DNA of 64,000 bases, taken from Nemertoderma westbladi (Eukaryota; Animalia; Xenacoelomorpha). The notes under the pieces are model-generated. The model saw only the letters and a program-made list of their open reading frames with translations, did not search any database and was not told the origin of the DNA. The stretch covers positions 67,399-131,398 of the forward strand of contig JAUCBJ010001582.1 in the NCBI GenBank assembly GCA_032718475.1. The letters run 5' to 3'. A program made the position numbers and the translations under genes. This document shows positions 12,972 to 23,591 of the stretch, one piece after another. Within the stretch, counting starts at the first letter, position 1; each line of letters starts with the position of its first letter.

Positions 12972-14307
12972 AAGATATAGCATATATTGTAGTAGATACC
13001 GACTGGGGGGTCAAAATTAAGTAATAATATATCTAAATAAGTCTCAAACATCTTGCCTCATGGCTCGCCCCTCAGAACTCTTAAAGGAAAACTGGTAAAC
13101 GAGATTTGTTAATTACGCATACTTAAGACTTAAGTAATTAATTATATAGTAGGTTAGATCGTTTTGAGAATAGGACCATTGGAAACAGAGCCCTCGAAAA
13201 CCTCAGTACAAAGAAAATTAATAAAGATTAACAAGATATAGCTTGTTATAATAAAACATAAATTATTATACAGTAGAACAATTAGGGTTGTAAATAAAAA
13301 CAAATTAAATAAATTGAAGATAAACTGTATATAACTTATGTATTAAAAGAGGGCCCTATTTAATTATACAGTATACTGAAAATGGTTAGCGATACCATAA
13401 TTAGATTATCGATAGGGATGCGGCTTCCTTAAATGAGGCAATCCTGACGCCTACAATCCCGACTACTCAGGTTGCAATTGAATGGTTTTAAATCTAAAAA
13501 CTATTTATTGGTAATTCTAAAACTATAAATCAATTAAATAAATAAAAGTAATACAATTAAATAAATGAGGTGTCACTTATGATACCCTCTTGGTCCTCTA
13601 GGCGATGGTTAGACAACACTCATGACTCATTGGGTGTTAGGGTGCTAATCGGTCTAATTAATTAGGATAATCAATTAAACCCTAAATAGGAGTCATAAGA
13701 CATCTAATAGGGTTTAAATGTACTAATTAATTGCTGATATCCGTCAATTAGGGTCTAATTAGCCTAATTGGGAGGTGTCACCCAGACAGTCCAGCGTCAA
13801 TGACACCCTAGGTGTCACATTCCTAAGCGATGAGTCATGAGTTGGGTTTAAGTGTCGCTGAGAGGATCAAAACCCTACTACTACTGCGGTATAGTGTTAT
13901 ATGTTTTTTTTACATTTTATACTATAAAATTTTGTTTATGACGAATATCTACGCACTATTATTATTACATACTGTGTATTATAATATTACACCGTGTCCT
14001 GGAATATAGTGTCGTAGTTCAGTGACACCCCCCCCCCCCCCCCCCCCCCCCTGCCCCCAACTATTTCTACAAATATAAATGAGATTGCATGAAATTTGAA
14101 ACAGAGATAGTTTCCCCTCCCTCCTCCTTGTTGGGAGAGCCAGAATTTCTATTTTCGCTTTCAATCTTTCGCTACAAGCGTTTAAAAAAAGTTTCCCCGT
14201 CGATATTGCACCAGTCGTACTGCAATTATTCTTTAACGTTATAGTGATTTGTAGCACTGGAAAGCTGACTGTGTGCAAGAATTCCAAACTTTTTATGTTA
14301 AAATATA

Positions 14308-15082
14308 TATACGGCCAAAGTCGCAAAAACAGGCAGGAGCCTATACGGTCAAAGTCACAAAAACAGGCAGCCTATACGGTCAAAGTCACAAAAACAGGCA
14401 GCCTATACGGTCAAAAGTCACAAAAACAGGCAGCCTATACGGTCAAAGTCACAAAAACAGGCAGCCTATACGGTCAAAGTCACAAAAACAGGCAGCCTAG
14501 CCTATACGGTCAAAGTCACAAAAACAGGCAGCCTATACGGTCAAAGTCGCAAAAACAGGCAGCCTATACAGTCAAAGTCACAAAAACAGGCAGCCTATAC
14601 GGTCAAAGTCGCAAAAACAGGCAGCCTATACGGTCAAAGTCGCAAAAACAGGCAGCCTATACGGTCAAAGTCACAAAAACAGGCAGCCAATACGGTCAAA
14701 GTCGCAAAAACAGGCAGCCTATATGGTCAAAGTCACAAAAACAGGCAGCCAATACGGTCAAAGTCGCAAAAACAGGCAGCCTATACGGTCAAAGTCGCAA
14801 AAACAGGCAGCCTATACGGTCAAAGTCACAAAAACAGGCAGCATATACGGTCAAAGTCGCAAAAACAGGCAGCCTATACAGTCAAAGTCACAAAAACAGG
14901 CAGCCTATACGGTCAAAGTCGCAAAAACAGGCAGCCTATACGGTCAAAGTCGCAAAAACAGGCAGCCTATACGGTCAAAGTCACAAAAACAGGCAGCAAT
15001 ACGGTCAAAGTCGCAAAAACAGGCACCCTATACGGTTAAAGTCACAAAAACAGGTAGCCATAAGGTCAAAGTCGCAAAAACA
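14308..15082. repeat. 31-bp minisatellite, ~24 copies
   Basis: Unit GCCTATACGGTCAAAGTCRCAAAAACAGGCA. Confidence 0.95.
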
Positions 15083-16052
15083 GTGTCCACGTTGTACAAT
15101 ATTACAATTCATTTCAGCCCTTGGCGATTCTCAACGGGCCTCGTTTCCAGAGCGATGTAGAAAGCATAATGGACAGGACAGGTGGATGAACTTTGTAGCT
15201 CTCCACAACATCACGAGATAGTTTAATAAATAAATTAATACAATGAAATAAATAAAGCGCACCTACTTCATCTCCAAGTACTCCGTAAGGCACAAAGAAT
15301 AGTTCCGGGTTTAATCAGGAGCCGGTAATTTACTTACATCACAATTTTACAAGGTTTATTAATAATATAGAGGCAATGTCCCTGCTGCATTGTTTGGATG
15401 TTGTGTTTATTATATTCAGGTTGGATGCAGAAAAATAAATTGACTGTGAATCTCGTAAAGTGCATAGCCGATCAGCAGCACCACCACCGGGTAGCTAGCC
15501 GATTTCATCAACTCGCTCCCCAGCCTACACCGGCTAACTGGTGCACTTCATATTGCCTACACTCGCTGCGTAAACTAGTTATATGTTTCGACTCTTAAGT
15601 AATGGAAACCTGCACTGGGCCTCATTGCGGAAGAAAGTAGCACTTTCTTCCCGCCATAAGGGAATATTCCTTTGCGAGATGCAGATCCACTAACTAGCGG
15701 TACCTGGGGGGATTTAGATAGCTCCACTCCTCAGAAATATCATCCCATGCTGATCGCATCTAATTCGATCGACAATGGGAATGGTTTATCAGAAAATTAA
15801 ATTTAATATTAAATTTATCATGTTTTAAATAACGAATGTTTATCACTTTTATTGTACAGGTAGTTAATATTTTATTTATTTCACGTGCTGCGCAAAGGCC
15901 GCACTTTTGTTTATTATATGTACCAGAGTAGGTAAACATCGGACAGCTATTACATATACTTATTAATATTACTTGGTTCTCCCTCCGGATCGTGTAATAA
16001 CATGGCGCAGTGTGTAGAATAATCCTAAACTGTAGTAAATTTTCCTCTAGCA

Positions 16053-17354
16053 GATAATTACATATTGCATGCACCCTACATAATTACATATTAGATGCAC
16101 CATACATAATTACATATTGCATGCACCAGCACCATACATAATTACATGTTGCATGCACCATACATAATTATATATTGCATGCACCATACATAATTACATA
16201 TTGCATGCACCATACATAATTGCATATTAGATGAACCATACATAATTACATATTGCATGCACCATACATAATTACATATTACATGCACCATACATAATTA
16301 CATATTGCATGCACCATACATAATTGCATATTAGATGAACCATACATAATTACATATTGCATGCACCATACATAATTACATATTACATGCAACATACATA
16401 ATTACATATTAGATGCACCATACATAATTACATATTACATGCACCAGCACCATACATAATTACATGTTGCATGCACCATACATAATTATATATTGCATGC
16501 ACCATACATAATTACATATTGCATGCACCATACATAATTGCATATTAGATGAACCATACATAATTACATATTGCATGCACCATACATAATTACATATTAC
16601 ATGCACCATACATAATTACATATTGCATGCACCATACATAATTACATATTTCATGCACCATACATAATTACATATTGCATGCACCATACATAATTACATA
16701 TTGCATGCACCATACATAATTGCATATTAGATGAACCATACATAATTACATATTGCATGCACCATACATAATTACATATTTCATGCACCATACATAATTA
16801 CATATTGCATGTACCATACATAATTACATATTGCATGCACCATACATAATTACATATTAGATGCACCATACATAATTACATATTGCATGCACCATACATA
16901 ATTACATATTGCACGCACCATACATAATTACATATTGCATGCACCATACATAATTACATATTGCATGCACCATACATAATTACATATTGCATGCACCATA
17001 CATAATTACATATTGCATGCACCATACATAATTGCATATTAGATGAACCATACATAATTACATATTGCATGCACCATACATAATTACATATTTCATGCAC
17101 CATACATAATTACATATTGCATGTACCATACATAATTACATATTGCATGCACCATACATAATTACATATTAGATGCACCATACATAATTACATATCTCAT
17201 GCACCATACATACTTACATATTCCATGCACCATACATAATTACATATTGCATGCACCATACATAATTACATATTAGATGCACCATACATAATTACATATT
17301 AGATGCACCATACATAATTACATATTAGATACACCATACATAATTACATATTGC
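16053..17354. repeat. 26-bp minisatellite, ~50 copies
   Basis: Unit CATAATTACATATTGCATGCACCATA. Confidence 0.95.
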
Positions 17355-20306
17355 AAGGCACCACCAAAGCTCCAAGATGCCACTGAAGGTCTACAACTCT
17401 TTAAATAAATTAAATTACTGGGTTTTGTTGTTAAGACTTCCGGTTCCGTTACGACTTCGGGATCTGATGCTGAAGGTAAATTCTACGACATGGCACTGTC
17501 TGTCACTCCTTCGTGACTCACTCAGACTCTATTGGAGCACCAGGATGTATTACATATCTTGAAAAAGGTACTTCCTGTGCTAAGGGACAACGCGATACGT
17601 CCCCCCCCCCCCCCCCCCCACTCCTCTGAAAGTTTGCCTGAGATAACAGCACCCAGCGGAGGACCCACAATATGTATCAGCTCTTTTGGGTTTCTTTGTC
17701 CATAGAATATTAGCGATCTGTGTTCCCTTTTTGGTTTAGTAAACCAACTCACCGATTCCCCGCAGAAATATACAAAGCAGCGCACCACCATTGCTTCAAA
17801 GGTAATTGAAACGCACAAAGCGCCGACTCGGTAAATAGTTTATTGGCCTGGAATATATTCTGCCATAAATAACATAAGAATAACAGCGATATGTGCCAAA
17901 ATCACCAACGGAGAGAGTCCCGTGAGGAACTTATATCAACAACCTGCCAACTAGGGCTAAGATTTCTCCCGGGCGATGGTTGCTTTCCGAGACGAAGATT
18001 TCCCTGGTCCAAGTCGACCGAGATGGGAACCGGCATCCATCCACCCCTACAGGTTGAAATAAGTTTAGTTGTCTCTCTCTGTCCTGCACATTTGTGGGAA
18101 CACGAGCGGTCTTTTCAAATATAAAGATATTTTTTCCAAAGTTTTGGTACTTTTATTCGCTCTCTAAATGTGCACATTTTTGGATTTAGCGTAAAATTTC
18201 CAACTTGCTGAAGCTATTTTATTCAATAGTAGCAAATTTTATCGCCGTCGGCTCCAATCTGTGTTAAAGTAAATTAAATCGATTGTATTATCTTGATTAT
18301 TTTAATTTATTTTTATTTATCTTGAATATTTATTATTATTTTACGTGATTAAATTGTACTGATGGTGGTGGTCTTAGTTTTGAAAAACCTAATAAATTTT
18401 CTAAATTTGATAAAACTTTCTAACGCCGTCCCATGCAGTTCAGTTAGTAGAGACTAAATTCAATATGCTCCGCTCCATAATTAGCCTATAAAGAATGTCT
18501 GCGTTGTGTTCCCGAGCTATACGATCCACTAGCAGTATAATTTAGTAGCTCTAATTATTTGGGGTATCGAGGGAACCAACAAAGATTTATGCTGTCACTG
18601 TGTTACCGGGGTAACACCGGTAAACCGCCAGTAATTATCTCATCCCGGAGAGATGGAATTTAAGATCCAAAGGTATAAAGTTGGAACAATCACTATGATC
18701 CTGTGATTATTTGAAATAGGCTAGGGATTACGCACGCAGTCTGACAACTTATTTACAGTGAGGTCCCCCCTGAACTATACTCCCCAATAGAGGAAACTTC
18801 AGTACTCATGCAAGGCAGAGATGGGCCCTGGAATTTGTGTATTTATTAAATATAATAAATTAAAAATATAATATTACGCAATTACGCAACATACACTTTT
18901 TAAACGCTTATAAAAAATTTAAAGGCAAAATCGAAAAAATTCCGGCTTCATGTGGACAATGACGGTGAGTTGAACTAGTTGTGTCTCAGATTTCAAGCAA
19001 TATGATAAATATTTGTAGAAAAATCTGGGGGGGGGGGGGGGGGGGGAATTACACTATATTACTGTTGACGGAGTATAATATATTGAATACAAAAAATAGG
19101 AAAATTAGTTTTATATTTTGGCTACAAGTGACGTTCAGATTGTCCCGGTGCTTACATCGTTAAGTAAGCACCTGGACCAATGTTAAGGTCGTGAGTTCGA
19201 GCTCACCACATATACAGCCCAGAACTTCAGCACACCCATGGATCGTGAGAGTATTGTATTCAACCTTGGGAGTTAATGTCGAGCCATCTCTGACTTACAG
19301 GTAACAGGCCCCCAATATTGCTTAATGGTTCACTCTATGGGTTTGTGTTAGCGGAATTGGATAAGCTAACAATGTTATACAAATAGATATGGTAAGTGCA
19401 AATGAGGACTTAATGTAATCTTTATATAAAGTTAATTCGAACAAAATAAAATTTTGAAAATTCACGGGTTTTATGAGGATATAGTTCTATACCGCTCCAT
19501 GAAAACAGGATATTATCGTGCATAAAATATACGGTTTTCACCAATACTAAATCAAACTATGGAATACTTAGGGCGTACTTACATATTTACAAATTAAATC
19601 TATACAATACAATAAATAAATCAAAACAAAATAATTACAGATTCAAACTTTACGTATTTAAGGCTTTATTAAGTAAGTACAATATAAATCTAAATTAAAT
19701 TCACCAAAATAAATCTATTGCATCTCAAATATTGCATAAATTCAAACAATTACAAATACTAATACTACTGAAATATAAAACAAATTGCATAAGTTCGGAA
19801 TAATTTCAAATAAGTCACAAGAAAGGCTCACAAGTCTTCCGTCTGCTCTTGCCTTTTATTTACTGCGAATACAAGTACTGCTTCTTTATAAAATATAAAT
19901 TGCATAATATTTGAAATAATAAATTGCGTAAGTTTGGAATGACTACAAATATAGCACTTTCTAAATATAAATCTTTCTAAATATAAATATAAACTGCATA
20001 GGTTTAGAACAATATAAACTGCATAAGTTTAGAACAATGTAAACTGCATAAGTTTAGAACAATATAAACTCTTTAGGCATCTCTAATATAAAATATAAAT
20101 CTTTCAAATATAAATTCCTTCTAAATATAAAACTTTCTGAATTTCAAAATTGGAACAATACAAATTACATAAACAATACAAATAATAAACAATACATAAG
20201 ATAAAATAAGAAAGGCTCACGAGTCTTCCGTCCACTCTTTCTTTCCCGCTTTATACGAGTTCTTGTGAGTTCGGAATAATTAGTCCTTTCAAATATAACA
20301 CCTTAT

Positions 20307-22929
20307 TTATCGTTTAGCTGATCTCGCCCTGCCGCGTCCTCGAAAACTGCGTACAGGTGACTTTGCTCGTGATATGGGACTTGTGGGGCGAGTCACTAGT
20401 TTACTTTGGACGTTGAGAGATGGTGCGACCGTTTCCTCACATATTCGTCTCTTAGTTAACCCAAATCCTCGTCCGATTCCTCGTGACCGATCGGTTGTGT
20501 CTACCGCTGGTAAAACGTCTGGGAACGCGTGGAAAGCGGATGACCCAGACCCAAGAGAAGCTTGCGCCCCCTTTTGATCAGCTGGTATGTGTCCCGATCC
20601 TCCTTGCGGTTCTCTGGGAAGTGACACTGTGTCTCGAGTAATTCGAATAGTCGGTTCGTATCCCTTTCGTTCTTCAACATTTATAGTTTTCTTTAATTGT
20701 TGGCCCACTTTCTGGACCCTTATGATCCTATTCTGTCCGTCCTCCCGAGGGTGACGTGCAGACGGCGCAACCGGAGTAGCAGGGTTCAAGAAATCGTCTT
20801 AACACATCGGTATGAATTCTCCCTTCCGCGTAGAATGTATGATCTTCTCCGAGACAAAGTGGATGTCTTTTAAGAGTCCGAGACACAATGTCGGCGACTA
20901 GGCAAACATTCACTGATGACTCTATCGCTAAATAATATTGTAGTACTGCTCTTGGAGGCGAAGTGATAGCCCAATATACGCATCCTCTCCATTTAAGCTG
21001 TGATTCAAACTCATTTATATCCGGAGTATCACCCTCTCCATACGTTTCGATATACTTGGTTCTTTTACTTTCCTTGTAATCCCAATTGAACAACAGGTAG
21101 GAAATGTATCCAGTTCCAGTCTTCTGGGTATCATACTCACGGAAATATCCTTGTTCTATAGACCATAGTATAAGAGGTCGAGTGTCGACGTAAGGTGTCG
21201 GTAATCGGTCGTCACTGTCCGACATGCCGGCGAAGTCGCTAATTAAATCCTCTCTCACTCCTAATCCAATCTTTACAACGGTTTTATCTAAAATGCTATT
21301 TCTCACCATCTTTGGTAACATTCTAGCGTCGATATTGCAAGCCTGGTCCATCTTCTTTACTATATTAGTGATGAGATGGTGCCGCTTGGTAGTTCCTGGT
21401 GGTATCGGCATTCGCTTGTCGCTCCTTTGTCTACTGAAAACGTGCAAAACTCCGTCTGCCACTCTAATTTGTATAGTCTTGGAAGTCAGACTCTGCTGAT
21501 GGCTGCCGCCCTCGTTGTCATAAAACATGTAACCATTTTCTTGAAACGATCTAAACGTCCTATTCCATTCGTCCAGTAATTCTTCCGAAGGTTGCCAAAT
21601 CTTCTCGATGTCCTTTTCGTCCTCGAAACGAATGACTTTACCTTGCCAGTCCGCAGCGATATCTGTATCCGACTCAAAGGTTCCTGTTCCAATCCATAAG
21701 CGAATTGTTCTGGTTAAATATCCTTTCAGGTTACTCGGAGCTATATCAGCGCCAGCTCTATCCAGTTCCCTAAAGTCTTGAATATGAGGCGGAACGTTAT
21801 GCACGACCTTTTGCGTAATATGTCTACGTAAATCATATATCTTAACCATATCGCTTGGAACAACTGCAGGAAGAAACTCTAAGTTCGAAATGATTTCCGG
21901 ATGATCCACAATAGGTATTTCATACGTCGTATCTTGTCGAATTGGTATACTAATAGGGAAATTGAGTGTCGTACTCAATGGTTTCGTAGTCGAAATACTA
22001 TACGGTTGCATTTCTCTTATCCTTTCCGGAGATGCAATCTGTAGTCTCTGAATAACATTTTGAGCAAAGTTTATACTTTCGAAAACTTCCGGTGTCATCT
22101 CCTTAGCTGAAGTTTGATCATGTGACATCCAATGGTAAGGTAGGCTCGCGAGTCTTCCGCCCCATTCTTCCATCTCACCTTTCTCGAAAGCCTTGTAGGC
22201 TCTGTATAGGCTAAGAGCTTCTTTCTTTTCGCGGGTTGACTGAGTCGCCTCGTCCAGCGTAAGTTCAAATGCATCGGGTTCAACAACCTTAGGTGGGTAA
22301 ACGACAATTTATCCTGCCTTTGGTCCAGTCATAGCGAATGAATGATATGGATTCGATAAAGGATACCCTCCTTCCTGGTAGCGTAGTTGTTGATGGTTCG
22401 AACACCTCGCCAATATCGGTTCGGGATTTTCCTTATTCAAACGCATCGGAATCGCATTTCGTTGTTTGCGCATACAAGCACCACATTGATAATAAAGTTT
22501 ATAAACTGAAAATGCTTCCTTCGTTTCTCTATCGTCCCCTCGAGTTCGTCTGTAAAGATGCATTCCATCGAATTCATCGCGTACCGCAGGCATAGGTTCA
22601 TGCGCCTTCAGGTATTGCATGGTATGATACAAACGACTAATTTCGGTATCGGGGTCTTCGCTAATATCTCCCGTATCACATAAAGCGTCGTACGGGTAAA
22701 GTTCGTTGAAGGTTTTGCGTAAACTTTCGATTCTTTCATTCAATGCGTTTTGCCTTCTCTTTAATACATTCGAGTCATATTTAGTCTTTGCGAGTTTCGC
22801 TGTACTCTCTGATAATTCCTTTATACTAAATATAGTGTAATCCTTAGCTCCAAATCGCTCAAATGGCGCTGCTGCTTCCTCTTGGATATCATATCCCCAT
22901 CTCGGCTCTCCATGTATCCCCTTCGCCAT
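20307..22929 (-). CDS. Element 1 accessory ORF: Cys/His domain, DnaQ/WRN-like 3'-5' exonuclease domain and basic tail
   Basis: The 206-aa ORF and the 481-aa ORF are in the same frame, separated only by TAA at 22309-22311; the intervening 45 codons are open. Motifs are YDNEG, LPKMVRNSILDKTVVKIGLGVREDL, YVDTRPL and YLAIE. The 20307-20789 ORF is a likely frameshifted Arg-rich tail. Confidence 0.75.
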
Positions 22930-23591
22930 TATTGGAGTATGGTTACATAATCATTGCTACTAGAGGGAATACAACAGAGTTTATTGTTAGTTGTGAGGAG
23001 ATGTGAGAGTTTTCGTCTGCCCTTTTGGCTCGACAACGCTCTAACCTCCTACCCATAGCCTAAGATCTAGGGTTTCTTTAATGACACACTGTTTCTTATC
23101 TAAAATTTTTTGCCGAAATAAAAACGATTTTGGGCTAAACTGGCTGTGAGTCTAAAATACTCACCTTTTGATCCCAAACTATTATCAGAAAATAAGCAGT
23201 CAAGAGTTAGTAATAAATATAGGGAAGTCTATTTTTTGACGTAACTTATTGAAACAAGACCGTGTAAATTTTATTAAAATTTAGAAAGGCTCGCGAGTCT
23301 TCCGTTCTCTTGTTTCTCTAATTTTTAAGTTCCACCCGACTGTACCCTGAAATCTATTCACTGGAGAAAATTTTAAATATTTTTCAAATCCAAAATGGAT
23401 TGTCTAAAATTTCGAAAATGTCTCAATATTGTGAGTTCCAAGTAGAATTCCATTTCTTATACCTACAAATCCCGCTCCTATGTGACACATAAGGGTACTA
23501 CCCTCAATGTTCACATATAAAGACAATGGAATTCTACCGCTGTCTTTACTACAGTGTACAGGTACGTGGAAATCTATTTGTAAACTCCTAA

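Larger units (their letters stand above)
10804..13882. mobile_element. Non-autonomous Polinton/Maverick-like DNA element with ~390-bp TIRs
   Basis: Termini AGTAGTAGGG...CCCTACTACT. 10804-11047 is an inverted repeat of 13639-13882, and 11048-11193 of 12929-13074. Flanking 6-mers are AATGCG/ACTGCG (5/6 TSD match). (AGT)n ends, long TIRs and 6-bp TSDs are Polinton hallmarks. No pPolB or integrase is present. Confidence 0.7.

Noticed and set aside
14244-15221. 325-aa basic repeat ORF
   Set aside because: Artefact of a stop-free 31-bp minisatellite that is open in all three frames.
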